Assembly: GCA_010015585.1 (NCBI GenBank)
Contig: ML975153.1
DNA: 64,000 bases
DNA from: Eremomyces bilateralis CBS 781.70
Taxonomy: Eukaryota
Direction: 5' to 3' (one strand)
Below, piece after piece: positions 33,171 to 45,133 of the stretch (position 1 is the first letter of the stretch; every line of letters begins with the position of its first letter). The notes beneath the pieces are model-generated. The model worked only from the letters and a program-made list of their open reading frames with translations, ran no database searches and was not told the DNA's origin. Made by a program: the position numbers and the translations under genes.

Positions 33171-34553
33171 CGTCCCTCAGGCCTCTCTGCGAGGGCCTTG
33201 AGAAGTAATAATAGAGTGATCAGTAATAGTGGTAGATCAGAATGGTGGTGGAGAGGAACTGAGGAAGTCATCATGGTCATGTACACCTAAAGTCACGTGG
33301 TTTAAGTTAGCGAAGGGCAAATATGGACACTGATTCGACCACTCGTGAGTCGCGACTGTCGTGACTCGTGAGTTGTGACAAAGTCGTACCTTACTAATCC
33401 ATCACTCAGAATTGACCACATGTGACTCTATTCCCTGTAAATCGACTCCTGATCTCTCGATCCATACAAACCCTGCAAAAGGCACACGTGTAGGTTTGTT
33501 TCGACGACATGTCCCCTTCCTCCTAAAATTCTCCTCACTTTCGTCCTCCACTCCTCCAATATATTCACCAAATGATGCATGGCCAAGAGGCTAACCTGCC
33601 AAGCAACCGAAGCTTTGTTCCTTCCTCATGCCGTCCCGGAAATGGGGGAATTCGGACCACCACGGAAGCTTCGCGTTGCTTGTAGCTTGTTAGGTGGCCG
33701 GTGCGACGGCGGCGGGTGGGAGTCGTAGCCAAGAAGGGAAGTTGCGCACGCGACACCAGATCTCGTACTCCCATCTATATTACACACGATATAGCAAAAT
33801 GATACTGAAAGGACGAGATGAATTTGGGAGGGCTCTTCGGGGATAGGATCGATTCAGGTACTCCGACTAATCTACTGGAGTATTGCCACTCCCTGGTACA
33901 GGCAAGGTGGTTACTGCTCAACCGATATGCCGTACAAATATCAATAATGATATCCCTATCCCACGTCTCCGGACCCCGGTATATCCCGCCAGAGATCTAG
34001 CTACCGTACAGTAGTGTTCATACCATAGTATGTCTACCGGCATCACGAAAATTCATCCTTAATCTGGTTCGTCAATGCCTCAGCTCTCAACGATCCATCC
34101 ATGGCCCATCTATGGTCCATCATTCGATCTCGAAGGGTCCAACCTGTCGCCGATCCGCCGCCGACCCGCCGCCGATCCACTAATTAAAGAGGAACTAAGC
34201 TCCATCCTAATCGCGCACAGAATCAGGACTTTTTTCTTTGAATACCCCCCCCCAAACTTTTAGGTAAACATGCATCCATCGAGTGCCTCCCTCGAGCATT
34301 CTCGTCTCTTCCCGCACGCTGGTGCCGGATCTCCGTCCGGACTCTTTTCGGGGGTTCTGCTGTGGTTCTATCTTTCCTGTCGCATGGTCCCGCAGTTGGC
34401 CGCTGACTTGCATGGGCCTTACCATTAAAAAAGGTCGTGACCTCCCCCTCCATCGAGTAGGTTGCTACTTGGGATTTTTTCGACCTCCCTGGTCAGACAG
34501 ACCAGTGTATCAACACAGTCCTCAGTCTTCTACTGTCACTTCCTACTGTCATC

Positions 34554-36765
34554 ATGGCTGATGACGAATCGGTTCGTGACTACGGTACGCACTTTGAACC
34601 TTGATATCCATCGCCTCTAATAATTCATAGGGCCGGCCGCCCCTCATGGACCGAATATGGACCATATCGCGACCCGGGATGTCTTCGAAATGAACAACCT
34701 CGAAGAATCCGCCTTCAAACGCCTCCTCCGCCCCGACGACAGCTACGACACCGACGGTACCTACTGGGGCGACATGAGCATGCTCCGCCGCCTCAAGTTC
34801 GTCTCGAAAGTCGACGCCGAAGAATTCCGCCGCGAGATCCGTGACCTCGGCCGCATGTTCAAGAAAGACCCCCTCAGCCCCTTCGGCATGTACCTCCGCA
34901 ACGCCGTCATCCCTGGCGCCGGCCTCGGCCTCGAAGGCTACGTCCTCTTCTCCATCGGCAATGTGCGCCCGCTGCTGCAGGCCGCCTTCCCCGCCTGTTG
35001 GAAGACCCACGAGGTCTGCGACAAGACCTGGGTCGAGGCCCTAGAGAATCTGGAGATTGTCGGGATTATCTTGGGACAGATCTTGGTGGGGTTCCAGGGC
35101 GATTGGATCGGTCGACGGTTTGGGTTGTTGCAGGACGCGTGGATCATGCTCATCGGCCTGATCATGCTGACCGCCGCGTGGGGCGTCACCCAGAACGGAT
35201 GGGTCATCTGCTACGTCTGGAGTCTGTTCATCTACTCCATCGGCGTGGGCGGCGAGTATCCCATGACCGCCACCTCCGGGATGGAGAACGCCATCGGCGC
35301 CGGCAAGATTTCCACCCGCGAAGACCGTCTGCATCGCGGCCGTAAGGTCACCAGCGCGTTCCTGATGCAGGGCTGGGGCCAATTGTTCAATCTCATCATC
35401 CTCATGCTCTGCCTCCTGGCCTTCCACAGCGGCAGCAACCCGCCCTACGGAAAGACCTCCGCGCAGTGGACCTACCGCGTCTCATTCGGCATCCCTGCCG
35501 TCGGCACCCTCTGGCTGTTGTACTACCGCACATACAAGATGAAAGGCGCCTCCACCCAACTCAAGCTGGCGAAGAAGAAAACATCGGTCACCGGATACGA
35601 CGTTCAGTCGCTGAAGCTCACGCTGTGGTATTTCGGACCGCGATTGTTCGCCACGGCGATGGGGTGGTTCCTCAATGATTTTCTGTTCTATGGCAGCAAG
35701 TTGTTTCAGAGCCAGTTCATTGCGGTGCTGCTGCCGGGGAACAAGTCGGTGATGGTTGGATGGCTGTACAGCTTGATCAACACTGGCGTGAGCTTGGTTG
35801 GTTATTATCTGGCGTCGTTCCTCATCGACAATAAGATCTACGGAAGGTATGTGATTTCTCTCTTTCCACTCAATACACAACTAACCGAATATTTAGAAAA
35901 CACATGCAATCCGTCGGTTTCATCTGCGACTTCATCCTCTTCGCCGTCCCCGCCTTCAACTTTGATTACTACACCTCAACCGCGCACGTCCACGAATTTC
36001 AAGCTATGTACTTCCTCGCCTCCTTCTTCCAACAGTTCGGCCCCAACGCCGTCACCGTAAGCATCCCCCCCATCCATCCACCCCCTCATCATCCGCTAAC
36101 CCCCCACAGTTCCTCGTCGCCGCCGAAGTCTTCCCCACCCCCATCCGCGCCACCGCCCACGGCTTCTCCGCCGCCTGCGGCAAACTCGGCGCCCTCGCCC
36201 CCGCCGTCCTCTACAACTACATCGACGACCGTACCAAATTCAAAGTCGTCCCCTGGTTCGGTCTCGCCGGCGGTATGTCCCCTCTCTTTTACTCCCCCTT
36301 TATCAAACCCACTCACTAAACCCCTCCCCAGTCCTCGTCACTGTCCTTTTCCTCCCTGACACTACCGGTCTCGACCTCAAAGAGCAAGAACGCCGCTGGC
36401 GCTTCATCCGTGCGGGCCGCGAGCACGAGTACCACGGCACCGCGATCCACTGGCGGCACATCTCGTGGTGGGAGCGGTTCCGCGGCGTGCATAAGCCGTA
36501 CGACGCGGCGCTCGACTTCGCGCAGAAGCTTGAAGAGATGCGCGCCGACTGGGAGGTGTGGCGTGCGCATCAGGGCGCGGAGGATGCGGTGGTGGGGGGG
36601 CTGTTGCCGTTGGAGCATTTGGAGCATTTGGAGGCATTGCAGGGAGAGGGTGGAGGACATGTGCATGGGTATTTTGGGAGGACGGGGGTGAAAGAGGGGG
36701 TGGAAGTGGAGAAGGAGAAGGAAAAGGAGAAGGGGGCGAGGGGCGAGGGGGAAGAGGAGTCATGA
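34554..36765 (+). CDS. MFS transporter of the phosphate/metabolite:H+ symporter (Pho84/Git1-related) group, multi-exon
   Basis: Short exon MADDESVRDY + GTACGC intron; PGAGLGLEGYVLFSIGN, GDWIGRRFG, GVGGEYP, AFLMQGWGQ, WFLNDFLFYG, QQFGPNAVT|FLVAAEVFPT.IRATAHG.SAA.GKLG, LPDTTGLDL. Confidence 0.88.
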
Positions 36766-38094
36766 CAAAGACTGAAAAGGCTATGAGACATGAGGGTAAT
36801 TTTGTGGATATTTAGCGGTTTTTCGGCATAAACGCGCTGTGGAATTGCATAGCGTGAATAAATTCGGATTTATTCTGTGTGCTATGCATCATTGGTTCGG
36901 TGAAATACGTCGACAACGTCGGCCATAGTGACCCCTTTCCTACGAGGGAATAGCCATGCTGATGCTCGTTCCAAAGCGATCTCGGCCACGCCAAACAATC
37001 ACCAGAACCACCGCGTCATATTGTCTTTGCTATTGTCCCTCCGATCCAACACAATACCGGTCAACCTCCATCAAAACCCGCAACGGCTCAGTCTCAGTTC
37101 CTGTATCCCGATGCAGCGATCCGGCTTGGCTTACCTCTCGGATACCTTTGTACCTAGGTTCCGGTCGGGTCGGGTGGCTTCAGGATCGCGCTGCGGATAG
37201 AGACTAGAGAGACGTGGTAGATCATCGTCATTCCACGGCATGAGGCTTGGGAAAGGGCAGGAATGTGGTGTTACGCCTGTCACGAATGCGAATGGGTAAT
37301 GAGTTGGAAGGAACGATGGCGTGGTGGGCTTAGGAGCAAATGGTAATTATTATCAGGATGTCGATAGGGCTATGTACTCGTGGAGCGCGAGTTGACGGAG
37401 GACGGAAGAGTTTGTCTGGCATCCTGTCTCTTCTAGCATTCATCATGCTGTAATTTGCTATCTGGAGAAGTACTCCATGTCCTCTGAAGTAAGGTTGTAT
37501 TTGATCCACCAGCACAAGACTGTCGTCAACATAACGTTTATGATGGTCCTACAGGTGTGCGGCTCGGAGGTTTAGTAATCAGTTCGGTATAACCATCCGA
37601 CCAATCGAACACCGATGATATAGAACTTAGAAGTATACGCACGTCACGGAAACTCACTCGCCTGGGGGATACGGGCGTAATGCCTGTGTCGTGCATCACC
37701 ACAGACCGAATATCGTTCTTCGGCTAGGGAGAGTTCCAATTATGGATATAAGTTGAAACCTCTCGTTCCCAACCTTCAGTTCCACGGATGAAGTCATGGA
37801 CCTCGGGCGCCGAATGCACTGATAACGCGTAACTATAAAAATTGATGATAAATCAAAGTTCTTCGAGGGTTTTCGATTCGTGATATTTAGACCGGAACCT
37901 GAAGATCGAGAAAAGTTTTTGCTGCGTTCTACGGATACCTCTCGGAGACTCGGACACTTCTTTCGCCCCGCACTTGGCGTCATTGCCGTTTATATAAGAA
38001 CCCCCGCTTGAGATACCCGTACTATACATACATAAACGCCATTGACCCCTCCCTCAGATTGCGATATCTCCCATTGCCATTCCCTATTCCAACC

Positions 38095-39147
38095 ATGTCT
38101 CCCCCCACTACCGCAAGGCAATGGATCGTCGCCAAAAAGCCCACCGGCCAAGTCCACCTCTCCGGCCCTGACGCCACCTTCGCCCTCGAACCCACCCCCC
38201 TCCCCGCCCTCTCTCCCAACCAACTCCTCCTCCAACCCCTTTACCTCTCCAACGACCCCGCCCAACGCCCATGGATCCAAGCCGGCACGGACCCCGAGCG
38301 CGCCTACACCCCGCCCGCCAAGCAAGGCCAGCCCATGCGCGCCTTCGGCGTCATTGCCAAGGTCGTCACCTCCACCAGCGGGAACTTCGCCGAGGGGGAT
38401 CTCGTCTCCGGGATGTTAGAATGGACGGAATACACCGTCGTCGACGCGACGTCCGTCCAGAAACTGCCTGAGGTCGCCGGCATCCCCACCACCGCGTTCC
38501 TCGGCGCCCTCGGCGGCACCGGGTTGACCGCCTACTTCGGCCTCTTGGAAGTCGGGCACTGCAAGGCCTCCGACGTGGTCGTGGTCAGCGGCGCTGCGGG
38601 CGCCACGGGGCAGATGGTCGTGCAGATCGCGAAGAAGATGATTGGGTGCAAGAAGGTGGTCGGCATCGCCGGGTCGGCTGAGAAGTGCAAGACGGTGGAG
38701 AGCCTCGGCGCGGACGTTTGTGTGAATTATAAAGACGCGGACTTCGACAGCCAGCTGAAGAAAGCGACGGACGAGTTCGCGGACCTATATTTCGATAACG
38801 TGGGCGGGAAGATCTTGGACGCGATGTTGACGCGAGTGAAGCGCGAGGGACGCATCGTCGCGTGCGGCGCCATCTCGGCGTACAACGACCAGAGCGCGGG
38901 CGCGATTCACAACTGGTTCGAGATCATCTCGAACCGGATCGCGGTGAAGGGGTTCATCGTCACGGATCATCTGGCGCGGGCGGCGATCGCGCGGGAGGAG
39001 CTGGTGGCCGCGTTCAAGGCGGGGAAGATTCAGATCTCGGGGGATCAGGAAACCGTGGTAGACACCAAGTTTGAGGATATTCCGAAGACGTGGGTGATGC
39101 TCTTCGCGGGTGGGAATACGGGGAAGCTCGTAACGAAGATTGTTTGA
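38095..39147 (+). CDS. NADPH-dependent MDR alkenal/one reductase (PTGR1/LTB4DH-like)
   Basis: YLSNDPAQR.W, LGALGGTGLTAYFGL, VVVSGAAGATGQMV.QIAK, YFDNVGGKILD, GRIVACGAISAYN, NTGKLV. Confidence 0.93.
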   Translation: MSPPTTARQWIVAKKPTGQVHLSGPDATFALEPTPLPALSPNQLLLQPLYLSNDPAQRPWIQAGTDPERAYTPPAKQGQPMRAFGVIAKVVTSTSGNFAEGDLVSGMLEWTEYTVVDATSVQKLPEVAGIPTTAFLGALGGTGLTAYFGLLEVGHCKASDVVVVSGAAGATGQMVVQIAKKMIGCKKVVGIAGSAEKCKTVESLGADVCVNYKDADFDSQLKKATDEFADLYFDNVGGKILDAMLTRVKREGRIVACGAISAYNDQSAGAIHNWFEIISNRIAVKGFIVTDHLARAAIAREELVAAFKAGKIQISGDQETVVDTKFEDIPKTWVMLFAGGNTGKLVTKIV

Positions 39148-39685
39148 GCGCTTGGTTGCTCCTCGGGCATGCGTAGATGAACATGGTCTCGAGATACCAA
39201 TGACGAGTTTTCGGCGACCGAGGAAGCATATATACCTATAAAAGCAATGACACCCATACGATGACACACTCTGCAATGAACTGAGCAAAGTGAGCTGAGT
39301 GTCAAGACATTATTCAATAAAGCCATCGGATTGGTCCACAACAGCGGCTGAGTATCCCTTGGATGGTAGTATTTACAGGTAAACATGAAGGGTACCTGTG
39401 CCCATAATTTGAGTGCTGGTTCGTATTTGACAGCAAATATATTGGAAATAGTCCCCAGAGTGACTGAAAAATAATAAATCGCTTGAATAAAGTCAAACGC
39501 GGAGAGTTCGACGGCCAATATTGCAGAATAAATAAAAAACCTTCATCCGGGTATATCAACCGACGACGACAAGCTCGCTAATATAGATTACATCCGCTGA
39601 AGGTCCCACTGTCTCATATATAAAACGTATATAGATCGGCTGGGATAACCAGCAAAACCGGAATGTGTACAGGAAATCAGGAATT

Positions 39686-42600
39686 TTAGTCCTCCGTCCA
39701 CTGCGGAACCCATTCCATGCCGGGATAGCTCACCCCCCTCATAACCGGCTCATCGTCCTCGCTGTCTTCACGCAGAGGCTGCGAATCAGCCGCAGACGCG
39801 CCCGTCACGGCCGCCGCACCTCCGACGGCGACAGCACCAGCAGCGCTGACACCTGCTGTGGTGCTTAGTGCAGCACTGTTTCCTTTGGCAGGATCTTGGA
39901 AAACATGTGGCGGGCCTGGCGGAAAGTCTTTCGGTGGCGGAGGCGGCGGGGACATGGAGATGGCGAGGGGGTTGATAGGCGACATTGAGGTTGCTGTGCT
40001 GGGCGACATTGGGAGGGGAATGCGATGAGGTTTAACGTTCGTGTTGAGACTCGGTGGCTGGGGTGGGGTCCTTTCCGGCTCCGGGGGAGATGAGTACTGC
40101 TGTGGCGCTGGAGGGGGTTGCGGTGAGTAGGATGAATGGGGTGGTTGCGTGGTGTGCGGGGAAGAATGTGCGTGAGATAGAGAGCGGGGGAGGTTATGCT
40201 GCGCGGGTTGCTGGGGAAGAACGAAGCCATGAGGTTGTTGTGGTAGGGACTGAGTACGTTGAAGGATTTGCTGAGGTTGTGGTGGAGCTTGCGATGGAGG
40301 CGAGGGGGTTTGCTGGAAGCTCATAGGAGGTGGAGGCTGTGATGAAGCTTGCGATTGAGGCGAAGGGGGTTGCTGGTAGCTCGCAGCAGGTGGAGGCTGC
40401 CCATATGAACGCTGCTGTACCTGTTGCTGTTGCTGCTGCATCAGGCGTTGTTGCTGAATGAAGACCTGCTGCTGTTGATATTGCTGGTATTGTTGATACT
40501 GCTGATGCTGCTGCATCTGCGTCAACTGAGCCAACTGCGCCGGCGTATACGTCTGAGGAGGGAAATGCCCCTGATCGCTAACGCGGCGGTACCGCATCGC
40601 CGCCATTCGTGCAGCAATCATTTCCTGACTGGGTCGACGGTTATGCGACATTTCGTCTTCCGACTCTTCAACGCTGGAGGGGAGGCTGATGTTCCACGGT
40701 CGCTCCTGGTGCTGCCCTGGAGTCTCGTTGATGCTTCCCATGCGGATATATGGAGGCATTGCAGCATTCGACCAGCGTTGATTTCCAGGCGCTGGGCCTT
40801 GTCGGGGATCCATGGGTGGCATACCCCCTTGTGCAGGCGATCCGTTAGCGTTATAGAAGAAAGGCCCACCGGACGGCGTTCTTGGGCCAAGGCTAGCGCG
40901 TGAGTCGGGAGAGATGGATGACACCGATTGTGGACCGTACGGCACAGCACCAGGCCCATATCCAGGCGGAACAGGAGGACTATTGCGAATTGGTGCAGGA
41001 CCTGCATATGGAAGGTGCTGCTGGGTGTTTGACGTCAAGGACTGGGTCCTTTCTGCAACCGGTTGCTGTTGACCAGTCGGATCAACCCTACCTAAACCTT
41101 GATCTGGACTCCACGTTGGTGGAGCGTAGTACCCCCCTAGAGGGGGAGGCATTCCCGGATCCTCGAGAATCGGTGGAGGCATCGAATGTGGAAGAGACAT
41201 TGTTCGATTCGAACTTGAAGATTGGCCCCGTTGAGGATTGGATTGGTAGCTTCGCATGTCTTGATATGCAGGACCCGGGCCTATGATGGCCGGACCACCT
41301 TTCTTGGTCATCTTTGACTCTGACCTGCCAAAGAAACTTCCCAGGGCAGAGAACCTTTTCTTCTTCGGAGGATCGGGCCCCAGGCTACTAGAAGATCTCT
41401 GCAGCTTCTTGCCAGACTTGGCATCGGTCGGCTTGGGCTTTTCAACGGGCGGTGGAATCCCTCCTATGATCTGTTGACTGATCGTACGAGTCGGAGAATC
41501 ACCGGCCTGTCCTTGCGTGCTATCCGCCTTGCTGAGCACAGAATCTGCATCAACGCTCAAGGGTCGATTATTGAACGGATTGATTATTCCCGACTTCCGG
41601 AGCTTCTTCTGCGCTTCCTCCTCCTGTCCATCGTCACTCGTAATAGTTGACTGATATGAAGGCTGCCGATTTGATGGTGGAGATACCAGTTCTGGATTGA
41701 TGCGCTGTGGAGTTACCGGCTGTGGTGGAGCAGCAGGTGGTGTCTTGAGTGCGCTCTTAGACTTGAAAAGTTGACCACCGAAACGGGATTTCTGGACTAG
41801 AGGCTCGGATTTCGAGGGCGCTGGCGGACCGACGCCAGGAAGCCGATACTCAGAGGAGTGCTGTCTCGGATCAATAGTCGGCGGAGAGAACGTTTGTCGA
41901 CGAATGTCTTCCGGCGATCTCTGAGCAGGCAGTTGTAGGTTAGGCGGATTGACACCGTGATTCGGTCGCCCTTGCACCGGTTTTCCATGTGCTTGACCAG
42001 CTGGCGGTATGGTTTCTCCCATGTCTCGACCAGCAGGCGGCGTTAAAATTGGAATGGTGCTGATCTGAGGCCCTTGTGGTGATTGATGCTGCTTTGGCGG
42101 CGATGTAGCCAAATTGGGCCCATGCTGGCTTGATCGCTTGGGAGAAGTAAACGATGGTTTTGGCGGCTCATGCTTCGGAGGTGAATGTTCAGAGACCGAG
42201 TCTGATATGGCTTGAAGACCATGCCGTGGAGACACCGTAATCACGTCTTGCGGGACGCCTCCTGTCCTAGGCAGATGTACGAATGACATTGGCCGTTCTC
42301 GACTCGGTGCAGGAGGATGGTAGTCCCTTTCCATGAAACTTGTGCGCACAGGGCTGACAGGGGGTTCAGAGCCCGACACGTCGCGTGGATGGTCGTCATC
42401 TGGATGAATCGTCGAAACATTTGGCGTCGGCTTCATACCGGAACCATCCAGTTCACCAGCACCAGATATGTTGACAGCAGGATCGAGTCTTGGGATCTGC
42501 GCGTCGCCGGCCGCTGCTGTTGGAGTGGGCTCTGATGGAATGGACGGACCTGCAGCTCCTGTTCTAACCTGCTTACTGAAAACCGAAGGAGACCCTTTGA

Positions 42601-44653
42601 CTTCTTGCCATTTCTGCTCGGAACGCGGCTCAGAACTTGCTCCAACCGTCGGCGCAGGCTCGTTATGTCGGCTTCCCTGATACTGCTCCGTTTTCTCGAT
42701 TTCTATAGTCTTCTCGATATCAGAATCCTCTGCACCAGTAGACTCATTGTCCGAAGGTTGCAATTCCCGGTGCTTCTCGATGGAAGGCCACGAGATAGCG
42801 TCACTCGAGGTATCCTTCTCCCAGCTTGCGGCAGTTGATGCTCGCGAAATTCTGCGACGATCGGGCGAATCATCTTTCGTTGCCCCTCCCGCGCTTTGCA
42901 CCTGAGACTCATATAATATAGTTGCCCGTGGAGTCACCAGGTCATCTTCCAACATCGGAGAAGCCGAGGCGACGACGATTTGCTCTACCGGGCCTCCGTC
43001 TGGTTGTGAGCTACTGACAGCTTGCGCTTCCTTGCTTGGGAATGATGGACCTGTAGGAGTAACGGTATCCGACCCGTCGATCGGTACCGCCGCTTCCACG
43101 TTGGTTCCAGAGCCATCAGTGGTTATCTCATTTAGCAATTTCTGTTGCTTCTTGTCTTCTTCCAATTTCTCTTGTTCCCTCTCTTCGTCTGCTTCTCGCT
43201 GCACCTTTCGTAACTGCTCAACATCAATGCCCTCGAAAATGTACCCTTGAGAATGCCTCACAACACTCTCAAGTAGTAGTTTTTGTCTCACATTATCCAG
43301 ACTCCCCGCCTCCTGGTCCGGTGCCTCGCTTGCGCTATCACCAGTCGTATCCCTCATCCGCGAAGGTGACATATCGCCATCGTTGGTTGGCATATCTGCT
43401 CCATGACTCTCTCGCTTGAACGTTGATCGTGCTGGGCTTGGCAGGACTCCCAATTGATGAATTCCCTCAACTTCCGTTATCTTCGGAGGTGGCATTAACG
43501 TGTCGAAGCCATGGTCACCCTGACCTCCAAATGGAGCAACAGTGTGTGGATTTCCCGTGGGAGTCTTCGGCGGCTCATCCCATAATGCGACGTCTGACAC
43601 CTTTGGTGCCGCCGCGCCGGAAACTGTCATGGCCATGGTGGACTGTCGACGAGATGGCGGAACCGCTTCTGATGTTGAGGATGACTGCTGAGGTGGCTGG
43701 CCACTGTGATTATTAGGATATGCCACTTGAGGGCCTTGCTTCGTCGGATCCAGGGCAGGTTGATGGTGCATTAAGCTTCCTTGTTGCCACTGTGGGATCT
43801 GAAATTGCACTGCGGTGCCAAAGGCTTGAGTGTCTTGCTGTTGGGGAATAGCAGGACCATGTAACTGCTGAGGGCCGGGAGGACCCGATGTCGTAGGGAA
43901 CGGCATAGGCTGTTGGCTGGCGAGGTTGAAGTTCTGCGACAGCGGTTGCGTGCCTTGAATATGAGGTAGCTGGGGAGCATCTGTCGACTCTAAAGCCATG
44001 CTGCTCGGTCTGCTGGATCTGCTCCCGATGCTTATGATACTGGAAGCTGTGGACCGGCCTCGACGGAACATGTTCCCTATATCCCATTTACCGCTCCGTC
44101 TCTTAATCTCTTTACTATCAGCTAGCGAGCGAGACTGGGACTGCGGTCGAGAACCGGATTCGGAGGGTTGGATCGATGATCGACGGCGGTTTCTGATAGA
44201 GCCTAAGACGTTGGACTGGGACGATGAGGCGGATTCAGTGGGGATAGTGGGGAGTGGGGGTGGAGGCATGGTATAGGGCTGGGTAGAAACACGATGGTAA
44301 GCTGCGGGGATAGGCTGCGGAGGGTATTGGAATGGTGGAGGAGATGGAGGGCGTTGTTGGGGTGCGCTCGGTTGGCTGTGAGACAGTTGGGAAGAAGCAG
44401 ATTGAGCGTGGGGCGCTGGCGTCTGGGGTGCAGGGGAAGTTGGGCTAGGGTCCAACCGTTGAGGCAACTTGTTGGACTGGTCCGCGGGATTGGCAATGGA
44501 AGTACCATTCCCCAATGCTGGGGGGGCTGGAGACGCATTAGCGAGGGGAGAATGGCCGGGTGCCTGGCCACTTTGCCCGCTATGGAGCGACCATGTGGAT
44601 GGCGTGCCTAAATAAGAGGCATCTCCGGCAACAGAAGAACGAGGGGAAGAGGT
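39686..44653 (-). CDS. Large Pro/Ser/Gln-rich disordered coding exon, probably the 3' exon of the upstream gene
   Basis: The frame is open from the acceptor GTTAAC..TGCTTAG|ACC (44653) to the stop at 39686. It contains a poly-Q tract (~40420-40520), KKKRFSALGSFFGR and the terminus DDEPVMRGVSYPGMEWVPQW. Confidence 0.75.
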   Translation of the reverse strand, partial: TSSPRSSVAGDASYLGTPSTWSLHSGQSGQAPGHSPLANASPAPPALGNGTSIANPADQSNKLPQRLDPSPTSPAPQTPAPHAQSASSQLSHSQPSAPQQRPPSPPPFQYPPQPIPAAYHRVSTQPYTMPPPPLPTIPTESASSSQSNVLGSIRNRRRSSIQPSESGSRPQSQSRSLADSKEIKRRSGKWDIGNMFRRGRSTASSIISIGSRSSRPSSMALESTDAPQLPHIQGTQPLSQNFNLASQQPMPFPTTSGPPGPQQLHGPAIPQQQDTQAFGTAVQFQIPQWQQGSLMHHQPALDPTKQGPQVAYPNNHSGQPPQQSSSTSEAVPPSRRQSTMAMTVSGAAAPKVSDVALWDEPPKTPTGNPHTVAPFGGQGDHGFDTLMPPPKITEVEGIHQLGVLPSPARSTFKRESHGADMPTNDGDMSPSRMRDTTGDSASEAPDQEAGSLDNVRQKLLLESVVRHSQGYIFEGIDVEQLRKVQREADEEREQEKLEEDKKQQKLLNEITTDGSGTNVEAAVPIDGSDTVTPTGPSFPSKEAQAVSSSQPDGGPVEQIVVASASPMLEDDLVTPRATILYESQVQSAGGATKDDSPDRRRISRASTAASWEKDTSSDAISWPSIEKHRELQPSDNESTGAEDSDIEKTIEIEKTEQYQGSRHNEPAPTVGASSEPRSEQKWQEVKGSPSVFSKQVRTGAAGPSIPSEPTPTAAAGDAQIPRLDPAVNISGAGELDGSGMKPTPNVSTIHPDDDHPRDVSGSEPPVSPVRTSFMERDYHPPAPSRERPMSFVHLPRTGGVPQDVITVSPRHGLQAISDSVSEHSPPKHEPPKPSFTSPKRSSQHGPNLATSPPKQHQSPQGPQISTIPILTPPAGRDMGETIPPAGQAHGKPVQGRPNHGVNPPNLQLPAQRSPEDIRRQTFSPPTIDPRQHSSEYRLPGVGPPAPSKSEPLVQKSRFGGQLFKSKSALKTPPAAPPQPVTPQRINPELVSPPSNRQPSYQSTITSDDGQEEEAQKKLRKSGIINPFNNRPLSVDADSVLSKADSTQGQAGDSPTRTISQQIIGGIPPPVEKPKPTDAKSGKKLQRSSSSLGPDPPKKKRFSALGSFFGRSESKMTKKGGPAIIGPGPAYQDMRSYQSNPQRGQSSSSNRTMSLPHSMPPPILEDPGMPPPLGGYYAPPTWSPDQGLGRVDPTGQQQPVAERTQSLTSNTQQHLPYAGPAPIRNSPPVPPGYGPGAVPYGPQSVSSISPDSRASLGPRTPSGGPFFYNANGSPAQGGMPPMDPRQGPAPGNQRWSNAAMPPYIRMGSINETPGQHQERPWNISLPSSVEESEDEMSHNRRPSQEMIAARMAAMRYRRVSDQGHFPPQTYTPAQLAQLTQMQQHQQYQQYQQYQQQQVFIQQQRLMQQQQQQVQQRSYGQPPPAASYQQPPSPQSQASSQPPPPMSFQQTPSPPSQAPPQPQQILQRTQSLPQQPHGFVLPQQPAQHNLPRSLSHAHSSPHTTQPPHSSYSPQPPPAPQQYSSPPEPERTPPQPPSLNTNVKPHRIPLPMSPSTATSMSPINPLAISMSPPPPPPKDFPPGPPHVFQDPAKGNSAALSTTAGVSAAGAVAVGGAAAVTGASAADSQPLREDSEDDEPVMRGVSYPGMEWVPQWTED

Positions 44654-45133
44654 CTAAGCATATATGGTTAACGATACCCTGGTCCGATTGAGACTCACTG
44701 GTCACAGTTTGTCGAGAATAAGTAGGCAACGAGACAGAGAAATTAGCTGGGAGAATATTGGAATACAATAAGCGAAAGATGTAATATTAGACGGTATCTG
44801 CACACCGCCGTTAAGAAACTGTACCCCCACATTCATATCCGCCTTCGAATACTCTGAGACATGACCTTGCCCGAAAGCATCGTGAAAACATCTTCTGCGC
44901 TACAATCCATAAGAGACTCGGAGAAGAAGAGAGGTTGTGTATGTTTCAGCATCCACCTTTTCGACTCGACTGTATGAGCAGCAAACCGGTTGCTGCTGTC
45001 GAGGTATCGTTCATCACCTCACTAAGAACGAATCAGAACCCCCTATAGATAGAAGAAAGGGAGAATCCATGAGAGATAGAGAGCTCAAGTGAAATGTAAA
45101 AGCAGTTGCATGGGTAGTCGGATGATAAAATGG

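Noticed and set aside
25099..39147. Possible secondary-metabolite cluster (esterase, NmrA, MFS, reductase)
   Set aside because: No PKS/NRPS/terpene backbone or cluster transcription factor, and the genes are separated by TE debris.
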